Positions 19,968 to 33,721 are shown, counted from the first letter of the whole stretch. The stretch: DNA of 63,085 bases, filler included, from Collodictyon triciliatum (GCA_043381765.1; 13 parts of 13 records of this genome joined end to end with filler, not necessarily neighbours in it); one strand, 5' to 3'. Numbers and translations: made by a program. The notes: generated by a model from the sequence alone, not told the origin.

Positions 19968-22004
19968 TTTCCTTGTGAAGTATTCTGTTTCATGGGCATC
20001 TTACAAAGCTGCAAGTGTGGCAAGGACATGTTTTGATTGTTCTGCTACTGGTCATCACTAAGATATGTACCACTAGGACCGTGATACTGATGTCGCGTCG
20101 AGGTTTTCATCGTTGGGCGATGCAGCAAAGTTTTATGGAGTGGATGTAACCAATGAAGAATCTATCAAGAGTGCATTGGCATCCATCGTGCGAGACTTTG
20201 GAGGTATCCACGGGGTCATTAATTGTGCCGGTGTAGCATCGGCAGAAAAGGTCAATGGATTCTTCATTTTCAGATATAGAAATGATTATCAAAATAAGAG
20301 TTGCGTCTAAGAACGTCCAATTCTTGTCAAATCTGTCGCTCTACATGCTAAAAATAATTATTAATAGTTTTATAATTGCATTTTGTAATTTAAAATAAAA
20401 GGAAAGAAGTTCCTTGAACATAATGAAGGAAAAAGAAAAGAAAAAGAAAGACAATGCAGTCTCTCGTGACCTATACATTTGTAATTAATACAGTTTTTAC
20501 TCTATAAATCACAAATACAAGACATAAATAATACATATATGAAAAGGTTTATACACCCAACCGTGGTCCTCAATCGCTGGAGAATTTCGAATATGTAATG
20601 CGCGTCAACGTTTTGGGAACTTTCAATGTGATTCGTCTTGCTGTTGAAGTGGTAAGAGACGCTATCACAAATAATCAAATTCTTGCTATATTCTATCAGA
20701 TGGAATATGATTTTAGTTTCATAAATTCCATTTAATGCATGGGCAGATGGCGAAACAAGAGCCTAGAAACGAAGATGGTTCGAGCACTGTCTCAAAATTT
20801 TGCCTAAATCCTTCTTCTTCTTCTTCTTCTTCTTCTTCTTCTTCTTCTTCTTCTTCTTCTTCTTCTTCTTCTTCTTCTTCTTCTTCTTCTTCTTCTTCTT
20901 CTTCTTCTTCTTCTTCTTCTTCTTCTTTTTTTTTTTATGAACAAGACATTGTGTATTAATCTTCTTTCAAATCAAGGTGAACGAGGAGTGGTTGTAAATG
21001 TTGCTTCAGTAGCTGCCTTTGACGGCCAGATCGGACAAGGTAAATAGAATATTTATCGATGGGTAGAATGTGTTACCAAAACTTTTTGATGATGAGGATT
21101 TTCAAGGCAAGGAAACAGTTTATTAATGTATCACCAAATTCATTCGAATCGCGTTAGTTGCATACTCTGCCAGCAAAGCCGCTGTGGTTGGGATGACGCT
21201 ACCGCTTGCCCGAGAGGTATTTAAAAAATGGGAGACCTTTTTTATGTTAATGCACCTATCATACGGACAATGTATTCGTTTAGTTTGAGAAAAACCACAT
21301 CTTGATACATTTTACAGCCCAATATGTCAATATTTTCTGTTTACTTCGATTTCGTATAAAATGAAGCCAATACAATCTACAGGAGAGGTGTATAAAAACG
21401 ATATTGATTTTTTTCATTTTTCTTCAATAGTTTGGGATGTACGGAATCCGTGTAGTCACCATCGCACCTGGCCTTTTTTATATCCTAACGCTGTTACTTA
21501 ACATCGTGAAAGTAAATCGCAATCGCAATAGAAATAGTTTGATAAATTTTTCTTTAACTTTTCTTCACTAACACCGATGATGGAAGCAGCATCAGAAAAA
21601 GTGAAAAGAAGCCTTCTCTCGAACATGTAGAAATATTTAGATCCTCTTCCCCTCATTTTTCGTGAAAAAAAATACATCCTTACATTCTCTCATCTTTCCT
21701 GTTGTCAGTTATTTAACGCCCACCTCACGCCACAGCCCATTCCCAAGGAGGTTTGGCTCTCCGAAGGAATTTGCCATGATGTGTGAGCAAATAATCACTA
21801 ATGTCATGCTGAATGGAGAAACAATAAGGTTTATCCCTTTAATGAAATACTTGTCATTTTCTACCATATCATCTCTTTTTTTTAAAATATATCTTGTGTT
21901 GTGTTAACCCAGTTATGATTGAAGTATTCTGGACAATTTCATGATTAATTTAATAATTAAATCAAATAAGATTGGATGGTAGCATCAGAATGCCTGCCCT
22001 TTGA
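19665..22004 (+). CDS. HSD17B10: 3-hydroxyacyl-CoA dehydrogenase type-2 (SDR family), complete
   Basis: Ten exons give [69 protein letters not shown] and [15 protein letters not shown]. Confidence 0.96.
21480..21568 (+). other. U12-type AT-AC intron in HSD17B10
   Basis: 5' end ATATCCTA; branch TTCTTTAAC ending 10 nt before the 3' CAC. Removal restores the conserved IAPGLF-L-TPM (phase 1). Confidence 0.93.
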
Positions 22005-22224
22005 TACGTGCGGGAAAAAAAACCTAAATAAAATATGGACACGGCTAACAAGCAAACCCTCTCAAGCATTCGCTCGGGTGGAGGAAACAAGGCTGATGCG
22101 AACTCATACCAAATATGATATGATTACATCGAACTCTTCCTGATATATACATTTTCCTTGAAAATATTCAGGATTTTGCCTGATCGGTTTTTTGTTTGGT
22201 TTGGGTGTGGAGTATGTGATCTAA

Positions 22225-23170
22225 TTCCTCCTGTTTTTTTCCTTCCTTTTTTTCGCTTTCACTTTTCCCCTTTTTCTATTTTTCTTCCTTTTTTTTTCTT
22301 CTTTTTTTGCTTCCTCTTTTCTTCCTTTTTTCTTCCTTTTTTTCTTCCTTTTTTTTCTTCCTTTTTTTCTTCCTTTTTTTCTTCCTTTTTCTCTTCCTTT
22401 TTCTCTTCCTTTTTCTCTTCCTTTTTCTCTTCCTTTTTCTCTTCCTTTTTCCCTTCCTTTTTTTGCTTCCTTTTTTCTTCCTTTTTTCTTCCTTTTTTTC
22501 TTCCTTTTTCTCTTCCTTTTTCTCTTCCTTTTTCTCTTCCTTTTTCCTTCTTTTTTTGCTTCCTTTTTTTTCCTTTTTTCTTCCTTTTTTTCTTCCTTTT
22601 TCTCTTCCTTTTTCTCTTCCTTTTTCCATTTTCCTTCTTTTTTTTTCCTTTTTTCTTCCTTTTTTTCTTCCTTTTTTTCTTCCTTCCACTTTTCGTGGCT
22701 TGATCTTCCTTTTTCTCTTCCTTTTTCTCTTCTATTTTTCTTCCTTTTTTTTCTTCCATCTTTTCTTCCTTTTTTCTTCCTTTTTTCTTCCTTTTTTCTT
22801 CCTTTTTTTCTTCCTTTTTCTCTTCCTTTTTCCATTTTCCTTCTTTTTTTTTCCTTTTTTTTTCCATTTTTCTTCCTTTTTTCTTCCTTTTTTTCTTCCT
22901 TCTACTTTTCGTGGCTTGATCTCTGTTTACTCCCAAGGTTGACTCGCCAATGATCTTGTCATCTTCGAAAACTAGCGTGCTAAAAAATTTCTTAAGCTCT
23001 TGGCTTTTCTTTTTCCTTTTCGCTATATCTTTTCCTTTTCTTTTTTCTTTTTCTCTTTTTTCTCTTTTTCTCTTTTCATTTTCATTTTCTCATTTTCATT
23101 TTCATTTTCATTTTCTCATTTTCATATTCTCATTTTCATATTCTCTTTAATTTTTCTTTTCTTTTCTTAT
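22225..23170 (+). repeat. Long polypyrimidine (TTCCTTTTT-like) low-complexity tract with an internal duplication
   Basis: Almost purely C/T. The unique motif ACTTTTCGTGGCTTGATCT occurs twice (about 22688 and 22905). Confidence 0.9.
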
Positions 23171-23199
23171 CATACTATTATTGGATACCACAGACGAAC

Positions 23200-23625
23200 A
23201 TGGACTATGTCTGGGGCGCTTTGAGAAGCTCGCGTTTGTCCTTCGGGATGGGCAACTCGACGCCACAATCTAGTCAGATGCCGACCCGTGATACCTCTAA
23301 GGGCAATGATTCACAGAGCAAGTTGGGAATAGTTGATGGCAGGATGGTTAGGGTGAACGAAAAATGCGAAAGCTGTCTTTCAGCTCCAGTTGATGGAATT
23401 CCTTAGTAAGCATTTTACCTTCAATGCTATTTTATCACTTCATCGTCTTCTATTTATTATCAATAAACTAGGTTCTTTTCATATTTTCATGAGTTTTTCT
23501 GTTTATTCTGTCAATTATTTTATACTTATTTCAATATTATATATTTCCCAACCAGTACAACAGAGGAATACGCGCAAGCGAGACTATTTTTTTCAGATTT
23601 TGATGGAGCCAGCGATATCGGTCAA
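23200..23625 (+). CDS. Hypothetical protein, first two exons
   Basis: ATG-led exon MDYVWGALRSS...DGIP ends at a GTAAGC donor. A phase-compatible second exon reads YTTEEYAQARLFFSDFDGASDIGQ. No family recognised. Confidence 0.45.
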
Positions 23626-25278
23626 GTAAGAATATATCCACATGATTCGGATGTCCACTATATTATTTAATGGTGATAGTTTTTATAATTGTAATAATAT
23701 CTCCTACAATTCTCTCTGCACGTTATAATTTTATTTGGAATGTATGAACTAACGTCGTCCTTATGCATGTATCTAACATCTTGTTATTTTGTCTCTTAAA
23801 ATAATGTTCTCGGGGAAAACCTATGGACGTTAATCAGAAATTATATCACTTGAGAGAATTTTCTTCGTGCTTCGTAAGAAGTTTCCCTTTTAAGAAGAGT
23901 GATTCCCTTGAAAAGATCACTTCAGAATCACCAGCTGAAAACGCTTGCTTGTTTCACCCTCTGGACATATGCCTATCATTAGTTCAGTTTTTGCCTGTTC
24001 TGAAGCACATATGTAAGGCAGTAACGATATTTTACTTCTTGAAAAAGATATTAACAGTCCCTCGTTTTTTTTTTTTGAATCACCAAATTTCTCATTCATT
24101 TACCCAAGGACCATTAACATATTAATGCTCCCTTAAATTATAAAGGTGCTGATGAAATTCTCGCTGTCNNNNNNNNNNNNNNNNNNNNNNNNNNNNNNNN
24201 NNNNNNNNNNNNTTAATTAATTAANNNNNNNNNNNNNNNNNNNNNNNNNNNNNNNNNNNNNNNNNNNNTGCTCTGATTGAATAAAACATATCCTGTCACT
24301 ATTGTAAGCAAAAAATAAGACAAAATAAATAAAAGTAGCAAATGGATAGAGGACAACCTTGATATGTACCGTTCAAATGAAGCAGCAAGACCAATACACA
24401 ACTAATAATCTTTAAGCATCAAGGGCTTGTGCAACAAAACCAACCTGTTATCTATACATTACCAAAATAGTATTCATAGTCCAATAAGATACTTCAAATG
24501 ATTTATTATTCTGAGAGACTTAAGCATAGTACTTTAGTTTTTTTGGAAAAGGCTTATGAGGAAACAAATTCGTGGGATATCAAAGATAATGAGGAAAGAA
24601 AACTTTGCTTTTGTGAGTATAGATATTGTGATTCCTAATAAAGAAAAAAAGTGGAAAATAAAGATAAAACCGAGACTAATCACGCTGTGGAGCCAATAAA
24701 CTTATACAAAACAAACAACAAAACACTTCGGCGAATAATCAAACAACTGCAGATGCAACAGACAACAGCGCAATCAGTCAGGATATGAATAGCCTTCAAG
24801 TAAGTCGATGAATATAATATAAGACAGAATAAAGGCACACAAAGCGAGTGCATGTATCGTTACAGCCCACCATCATCATGAGCGCAAGAAGAAAGAGAAA
24901 AGATTGTGTCCATGGAGCTGACATTGCGGCACATAACCAAGCGAAAAAATATAATATGAATGAATCAAATAAAAGCAAACACCTCAGTAGCACAATGATA
25001 ACCAACACATAATCATTCTTTTAGCCTGAGACACATACTCAAGGTCGATTATCAAACAAACAGGAAATGTGTCACGTTTATCGGCGACTGCTGGAAAGGT
25101 TAGGTTTTTTTTTTTTATTCTTTTCATCCAGCCTCTGCAAACAAGCTAGCAGTCGTCTGCACTCATTCAGTTTGGCGGTCATCGAGATAGTACTCACTTG
25201 TACTTGTTTTTGTGGAAAAGATGTGTGTATGGGTGGATGAATGGGTTGTTTAGATGGGGTGGGTGACAGACGAGTCAC

Positions 25279-28200
25279 TTATTGGGTCAGCATCTTCTGT
25301 GCATCCATCATTTGCTTTTCTGAGAGCTTCGTATGAGGATGGTTTGCGCCATAGACAGTCTTGAATATCGTGTTGGCTTTTTGATACACTTCGAAAGCCT
25401 CTTGATATTTCTTCTGGTTCATGAGTAGAATACCAATATTCCCATATGACACCGCAACACTAGGGTGTGTCTCTCCATATACTTTCAGTTGAATTTCAAG
25501 TGATTTCTGGTAGTACTCCAGAGCTTTGTCATGCCTGTCAAACAATAAGTTAATGAAGGGATAAACACTACCAGATAATCAAATAAAACATACTTTCCAA
25601 GGTTCCTGTAAACCATCCCAATATTCCCATATGACGCGGCAACATCAGGGTGTATTTCTCCAAACACTTTAAGTCGAATTTCCAGGGATTTGTGGTAGTA
25701 CTCCAGAGCTTCGTCATGTCTATTAAATTATAAGTTAACGAAAGATTAAACACATATATAATCAAATAAAACATACTTTCCAATATTCTTGTAAACTATG
25801 CCAATATTATTATATGAAGCGGCAACATCAGGGTGGATTTCTCCAAACACTTTCAGTCGAATTTCCAGGGATTTGTGGTAGTATTCCAGAGCTTTGTCAT
25901 GTCTATTAAATGATAAGTTCATGAAAGAATAAATATTAAAAATATGTAATCGAACAAATCATACTTTCCAAGTTGACCATAAACGTTTCCAATATTTCCA
26001 TATGAAGTGGCAACATTAGGGTGGATTTCTCCAAACACTTTCAGTCGAATTTCCAGGGACTTGTGGTAGTACTCCAGAGCTTTATCATGTCTATCAAATA
26101 ATAATTAATAAAAGAATAAACATTAAAAATACGTAATTAAACAGAACATACTTTCCGACGTTATTGCAAACCAGCCCAATATTATTATATGAGGCAGCAA
26201 CATCAGGGTGGATTTCTCCAAACACTTTCAGTTGAATTTCCAATGATTTGTGAAAGTACTCCAGAGCTTTGTCATGTCTATTCAATAATAAGTTAATGAA
26301 GGATAAAGATAAATACATAATAAAATAAAACATACTTTCCAAGGTTATAGTAAACATTTCCAATATTATTATATGACTTCCCAACATCAGGGTGGATTTC
26401 TCCAAACACTTTAAGTTGAATTTCCAATGATTTGTGATAGTACTCCAGAGCTTTATCATGTCTATTAAATAATAAGCCAATTAAATGATAAATGTAAATA
26501 TACATAATCAAATGGACATACTTTCCGAGTTGACGATAAACAATTCCCAGAAAATTCAGATTTTTGCTGTTCGAACCTAATACAAATGAACCAAAGTTAG
26601 CAACACACCCATAAAATCCAAATCAAATGGCCAAACCCTCATTCGTCTCAACAGAAATGCGGTGCTCAAGAATCAGAATCAAAAAGGCATTCTCTTGAAT
26701 TTGTCGAAAGTAATCAACCAACGCAGAGCCAGCAGGATTCAGTTGCTGTTGTACATACCCATTAAAATAAATTCAATATTGATACATGTATTATAGTTTT
26801 ATCACCTTGGCCAACTCACAATAGATAGCTTTGTGGTCATAACCGTTCTTATTCAGCACTCTCCAGCATTCATAAAACTCGAAGCGAAAGTTGTCATCCA
26901 GCATGCTCACTACAACCTAAAGACTATATTACAATATAGGTCACAGTAATAAAATAAAATCCACAATTTAACCTTTTCACTCTTCAAAAAATCCACCAGT
27001 GTATCATATTCGCTCGAAATCCTCAGATTGTGGCATATTTCGGCAACAACACTCTTGTCTTCAGTATCAGAGCCGTATTCACCCAGCAGCCACAATCCAT
27101 ATTCACGTGCTTCCCTTGTTGTGTATGCTTCATCCTTAAAGTATCGCTCTTTGATGGATTGTGTCAGCAGCTGGTGAGAGAACGCGTATCTAATAAGATA
27201 TTGTGATTAGCAATTACGACCATTAAGAAACATATGAATACCCATATCACCTCCCGTTCCTCACAAAGAGCGAATCCAGCAAGACAAAGAGAAATGATTT
27301 CCTAAAATAAAAATACAATTTATCAAAAGTGATAAATATAAATAATATGACAGGAATCGATATACCAGGTTGCATGGTTGATTTGCATGTGAATTTGGTT
27401 AAGTCGATGCTATATGTATTTATCCAGCTTATTTTCATCAAGACCAATGCGCGACACATAAAGGACACTGATGGACAGACGGACAATATCCTCTCCTGAA
27501 ATGTATTATGTAAACTTAATAAAAGCATAATTTAAACACCTTCAGATGTATCACAAAACCGTATTTCTTTTCCCAGCGACTCATCACAAGGTCGAACAAA
27601 TTGACAACTCCCTTCGTCTCCAGCATTTCATGAAGCTCAGCATCAACTCTTTCGTACACCCCAAACACACGGAGCTCATCCAGCACAATGCGCAGGTAGA
27701 GTGGATGACCTGTTCTCGTATTCACAATTAAAAAAATATGTGTCCTAAAAATAAAATATAAAAATATTCGAATTATTAGCTACACTCACCAGTATCATCA
27801 CGTTTACTCAATATCACATCCATCTGTTTCTCGTTCAAGGTTTTGTTGTAGCGCTTGAAGAACGAGGTGGTTGCTTGTCTGATTCCGGCATCATCAAGCT
27901 TCGATACAGGAATGACATCTAGTCCTACTGACTTGGCAACCTATTAAAAAGTGATTGGATTAATCCAAATGTATTATATCCTCGAAAAAAATTAACAAAC
28001 ACTGCAGGATTCGTGGGTGTCGATGGTTGATGCGACGATGGAGATGTTCTTTGGTGTCTTTTTGGGAAGCCATTCAAGGCGGTGGACGTGCTTGTTTTGC
28101 TCTGAATTGACCAACTGGTTGAATGCATCGATGACCAAGACAACTTGCTTTTTTCTGTATTGATAGGCTTGTCAGATATTATATTATTTTAATTAAAAAT

Positions 28201-29020
28201 GATTACTGAAATCGACTCATTTCTTGATGCAAGCTTGAGTATGTAGTCTAGTCCCTTCTTCAAAGCTTCTTTCCCTGCAACAAGACATAGAACATAATGA
28301 ATGCTCATTTAATTTATTGAATCAGAAATAAAAAAGAAATAAAAATTAATTATTATTTGACATGTGAACCTTCTTCGGAGTCAAGGTTCAGTTCGATTGC
28401 TTCATTTTCAAGAAGAATGCGAGCTACACGCTCCACCAAACTATACAAATGGATTAATATATTATATGACCAGTTAACATATTTTACGTTACTATTTTAT
28501 TTGATTATTCTTACTTTTCCACATAGTTACTCAGGTTTGAGCATCCGACAAAGTGGTAGATGACTACTAGGTTTGACTTTTTGCCCGCGTTCAGGTCACG
28601 AACCAGCCCGCTCATAATCGTCGATTAGCCAATACCAGACTCTGTGCCAACAACGGTAATATCAGAACCGTCAGTATCGAGCTGTAGCATCGCTCTCTCC
28701 TTCAAAATGGCCAAAATGTTGTCTCTTCCTTCCAATCCAATCAGTCGATGTCGCATAAACTGCTCATGCGCCATGTCCTCAGGATTTTTGTGCTGCAAGG
28801 TTATTGATATCATAATTGGAGAACTAAAAATACTTAAGTTATCACAATATTGATTATACTTAAAAAATTGCTTTGAAAACAAACCTCTTGGTCGGGAAAA
28901 TCCTTGTCGATTGCTTCCATCAAATCATCAACCATCATCGAGACGAGCTGCTGGGGTGTCTTGTATGGCTTGACTTCAAAGACATTTCCAGTCTTTTCTT
29001 TCAACCCATCCTGGTTTTCT
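25279..29020 (-). pseudogene. STAND/NACHT-like P-loop NTPase with C-terminal 42-aa TPR repeats (NPHP3-like), 5' partial, one in-frame stop
   Basis: Walker A VVGTESGIG*ST with TAA at 28625-28627; Walker B VVLVIDAFNQL; GHPLYLRIVLDELRVFG; repeats HDKALEYYHKSLEIQLKVFGEIHPDVAASYNNIG. Confidence 0.75.
25535..26520 (-). repeat. Tandem array of TPR exon+intron units, period about 185 nt
   Basis: Five similar 126-nt exons, each followed by a homologous ~60-nt intron (GTATG...AG), precede a terminal exon that starts with the same repeat. Confidence 0.92.
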
Positions 29021-29543
29021 NNNNNNNNNNNNNNNNNNNNNNNNNNNNNNNNNNNNNNNNNNNNTTAATTAATTAANNNNNNNNNNNNNNNNNNNNNNNN
29101 NNNNNNNNNNNNNNNNNNNNAAATAAAACAGAAATAAAACAGAAATAAAACAGAAATAAAACAGAAATAAAACAGAAATAAAACAGAAATAAAACAGAAA
29201 TAAAACAGAAATAAAACAGAAATAAAACAGGAATAAAACGATTGAATGCTTGCCACATCTGAGGTGCTAAGAATACTCAATCATCTCACCACAATCATTT
29301 TATCATCATTTATGAGAGTCTGTAAAATAAATTGAATTTTTGTCATTTAATCTTAATAGGAAGGAAAAGAAAAAGAAAAAGGAAAAGAAAAAGGAAAAGA
29401 AAAAGGAAAAGAAAAAGGAAAAGAAAAGAAAAAGGAAAAGGAAAAAGAAATGGAGACAAAAGCAACCTTAGTGCAGAATGAACAAACGCCACACTTATTT
29501 TTAGATTTTATATATTTATGTTCTTCTACTCACACAAGAAGCA

Positions 29544-29615
29544 TCCGATATGGTGTAGTCGGTAGCACATGTGGCTTTCACCCACACAACCCGGGTTCGA
29601 TTCCCGGTATCGGAA
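29544..29615 (+). tRNA. tRNA-Glu(TTC)
   Basis: Acceptor stem TCCGATA/TATCGGA; anticodon arm TGTGG-CT TTC AC-CCACA; T-arm CCGGG-TTCGATT-CCCGG; followed by a T-run Pol III terminator. Confidence 0.97.
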
Positions 29616-30106
29616 TTTTTATTGCCGTAATCCTCTCTCTCGCACACCGCAGTGTTTGGCAGAACGCGTTTAACTATTCAAGCTTTTTCCTTTATTCGAT
29701 TTTTTTTTTTATTTATTTCGCCGGAGTCACTGATCCGCATTTCAGTTGAAAAAAACCAAAAAACCAAAAAACCAAAAAACCAAAAAACCAAAAAACCAAA
29801 AAGGAAGAAAACAACAAAAGACAATAGACAGTTTGTTCGCCTGTGTTACCCGCCAGCGCCGCATCACTGCTTCGTATTGGAACGCCCCTGCGATGGAGTT
29901 TCATTTGCGTACCCTGAATGTCTACGTTTCGCACGCTGCGTCCGAATCCTTACCGCAGATTATAGCAAGGTGGTTTGCGTCTGTGCATAGTTTTAAGTGA
30001 AGACAAAATTAATACCGATGACCACGAAGCGTTTTATTTGCTCATCAAACACATATATGCATGCTTTTTTTTTTTTTTTTCCTTCTGCAGCTCCGAAAAG
30101 TCAAAG

Positions 30107-33100
30107 ATGCTTCCAAAGCCACCAACCAGCGCAAGGGGAACGGGTTCGACGCCCAGGTTTTTGGCGTTTCTTTCTTTGCATTCGATTCATTTCATATCAT
30201 TTTTTAAATATATTTTCCCCCGTTTATTCGATTCAAAGAATATCAATTTTTTTAAATAAATGTTTCATGTTCTTTTGATGCTTATTTAGGCGACAGCAAA
30301 TCCCGTGGAGGCCGTATTCCTCTCCGCATGTGTCTTCGGGCTCAATTATGGTATCATCCTTCCCCTATTTCCCAAATCACGTTGCTTTCTTTTCTTTTGT
30401 GATCAATTTGCCAAAGCGATGCCCTTGCAATTCCGAAACCAAGCGATAATCACATTTCCAAGGCATTAATAGACACCTTGCGTTTGCCTCTTGTCTTGTA
30501 TTTCTGTCTCTGAAATACCTACAACGCAGATATTCATTCACTGACATTGATACATTCATCGCCGTAAAAGAGTTGCATAATTATTTTCTCAGTCAGCAGA
30601 CAAATTCTCAACAAACGAATTTCAAGCTGCATCAACGAAAACCGCCACCAAGGAATTTGTGAATCCGCCATTCCACCAGAGGCATAAACTGAAGAGTGGG
30701 GAATAGCTTTATCATTCTTTTTATTTTTATTCAGTGGCATTTCTTTTCCGTTCACCCTTTATGTTTCAGACTCCAGTTGCAGTTTTCTTTCCCGCATCTT
30801 TATGATTTTCGACTTATATTTTCTGCATCGACGATCCATTTATCGCAATTGTTTAGAGATAAAGCTGCACAAGAAGAAGGTAAAGCCAATCATGATAGTT
30901 CCTTTGGTATCCACTTCCTTCAGTGTGGAATTACGTCTAACATGTAGCGTTGGTATCATAACATGGCAGACATCCCGGGAGGCTGGTGCTCTTAGTTTAC
31001 CACCTGTTCCAAGTGCCAGAACAACTGACGTAGAATTTGATGGCGATACCCCCAGCATCGAACCGTCCACAAACAGTGTATGATAAAAAAATTATTTTTA
31101 TCTTTAATTCACTCTGCTTCTTCATACTTTTTTGTTCATAGTAATGTTTAATTCCAAAATAATAATAACAATGCTCTCCCATGCTTTTTTTCCCTGTGCT
31201 TTCAAAATCAAATGGTGTCTCGAGAGAATTTTACAATGAGAAAACGTCATTTCCATTCAGTTTACACCTCATTTTCTTCGCTCAAGGGCTTCGTCGATGG
31301 TGAGCTCAAAGTCTTTGCGGGTGAGTTCTTTTCAATTTTTTTTCTTGCGCTACATCTCCACTTCGCATACTCCTTCTGTCCATTTCTTTTTTATTTTTAT
31401 TTTTTTATTATTTAATATCAAAGCTGTTGTTATATCTATATAGCTTGAACGCACCCATCGATCAGAATCTTTCAAGACCATGTCTTCGCTCGCAGAAGAT
31501 GTCACAGAGACCTCTAGTGAGAAAATATTTGAGCAAGGGAAGCACAAGCATGAGGTATATGGTCCTTCTGTCGAGCTCTACTTTATTAATATCGCTTTTT
31601 AACCAAATCAGGCGGAAATATGTCAACGATCTAATTCATATAAATATTAATTGATTTTCAGGATGAACATGACGTTGAGTGTGTAAAGTTCAAGGCGCCA
31701 GAAGTTCCTGTGATATCGACCGAGAATCATGTCAACATCGAAGACATAACTCCGATCCCAACCCAGCGAACCATCAAAGTAGGCCGTATTAGATAACTCA
31801 AAGTTATATGAAGGTGTTAATATTATACATTGGCTATTTCCTTTCAACTTAATAAACACATATTCCTAATATCATACAAAAGCCCCGAAAACCTTACTTG
31901 TACAGTATGGTGACAAGTGAAACGGTTCGTACCCATGTGACACATGAAACAAAACTTAGATAATGTATAAAGATGTTTATATGTTGAGCCAAGGCGAGCA
32001 TCATCTTATTTTATTGACTGGGGGGTTTTATTATTTTTTTTTAAATTATTACTAAAATATACCCAAGTTACAAGATGATTCAGAGTATGACATGGATGAA
32101 TTCTTTCCATCAATCCGAAATGGGCGGGACTACAACCAACAGCTGAATGAAATGGGGCTGGATGCACTTTTCAAATTCCATCGGGCCAAGACGTATGTTC
32201 TATGTTGCCAACATAATTCCTTTCTATTTTTGATCATGTAATTAACGTGTCTAGATGATAATATTAGACTTGAAGTCTAAGTGTATTTAAAATTTTACAT
32301 AGTATATTGCTTTTCTTAACAATTTTTTTTATTTAGTTACAAAAACCTTAATCTTATTCAAATACAACTCTTGGAACATGCATTCAAGGAGGAAAATGCC
32401 CAAGGGCGGATGAACAAGCAACAAGCACGCTATTTCATTTTATGATCTTATAGGGTATTTTCATGAGGCTCAACATCACTTTTTATAACTTGCAGTTCAT
32501 CGATTTGATGAGCAGAGTGGTAGAGGATTCGGATGACATACTTGACGAGCTATTCAGAAAAGTAGATGATGGTGCTCAGGTATCTAAATAATCACACTCA
32601 CCAGCTTTTTTTTTTTTAATGATACTAATAATAATAACCCTTGCATCGATATTTAAAAAAAAAACATCATGCATCAACCTTGTACGTCTATGTAAAAGAT
32701 GAATTTTCAAGTTTTATCATTTTCCACCACCAGCGAATTATAACCTATGAGCAATTTGTATCGTTCATCATGCAAGAATGGGCTTGCACTGAGGATGCTG
32801 TCTTATCATCAATAGTAAACATATACGTACATCCTTTTTTTTCTCCTTCTTCTTCATTTCCCATCGCCTCCATTTTGATATTGAAATGTTGCTCTATTTG
32901 TCCATCCTTCCGTCTGTCAATTTTAAATACGTTGTCCATGTTGAAAACAATTGGTTTATTGCAATATAGAGCTTTTCACCGAGTGTTTCCATGGTCGACC
33001 CGGTTCATAGCCATAGACATATGATAGCACGCCTCAGAATACTCGAGCACCTCTCAGCATATGCAACATGCGGGTTGCCTTACTACCTCAATATTTGTTT

Positions 33101-33721
33101 ATCTCATCTAAATACTTACTTTTATTTTACAATTATTGACAGCTAATTTAATTAAAAAAGAAGTGTATGATACTAGCAGACATATTTTTTCCCCTTTGCC
33201 TTGTCAATTAAATTCATTACAACTCTGCCTTACTCAATATCAAGACGCGATGGAATCATCACCATGTGGGATGCAAACACACTTAAAAGAACACAATCCA
33301 TTTTACCTTTCGAGGATGCATCCCAACGGGAGAAACATATTTGCTATCGCACTGCTTCATCGTATCTTCCTGCACCTAGAAGGTTTTTTTTTCCTTTAAG
33401 AAACCGCACAAGTGTGAGAGTATTCTAGCCATATCTGTGTAATAATACCTGATTATCAGATCTAATATGTATCTCCAGCACCGACTCGCAGCACAGGTTT
33501 TTTCTTCTTCTAATACACGCCGCAATTATTTTTCTTACGATATTTTTGTCCACTTGGATTCGACTTAATACGGTTTCCAAAGCCCACGACAAAGTCTAGC
33601 CAAATATCTATGGTTGAGCAACCAATGAATCGAATTTATGCACAATTGACAAAATGCACTCCGTGGCCCACGGATGTCGCCCATAGTGCGGCTTTGGACC
33701 AAATCATAGTTACCACTCTCG
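30107..33721 (+). CDS. EF-hand plus WD40 protein (WDR49/EFCAB8/WDR64-like), 3' partial
   Basis: A low-complexity N-terminus is followed by an EF-hand-like pair (GRMNKQQFIDLM...ELFRKVDDGAQRIITYEQFVSFIM) and WD-like segments (YATCGRDGIITMWDA, WPTDVAHS). Confidence 0.7.
32425..32495 (+). other. GC-AG intron
   Basis: CAA|GCACGC...TGCAG| joins MNKQQ to FIDLM in frame. No GT donor occurs before the in-frame TGA. Confidence 0.7.

Noticed and set aside
22158-22942. Long Phe-rich or Lys/Glu/Arg-rich ORFs, and similar ones at 1856-2346, 5545-5842 and 53333-53803
   Set aside because: Stop-free translations of simple repeats.
23634-23778. Candidate AT-AC intron (ATATCCAC...TCCTTAT...AAC)
   Set aside because: Splicing leads to a stop after seven codons, and a good GTAAGA donor lies just upstream.
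30141-30155. B-box-like GGGTTCGACGCCC
   Set aside because: No cloverleaf, and it lies within a coding exon.
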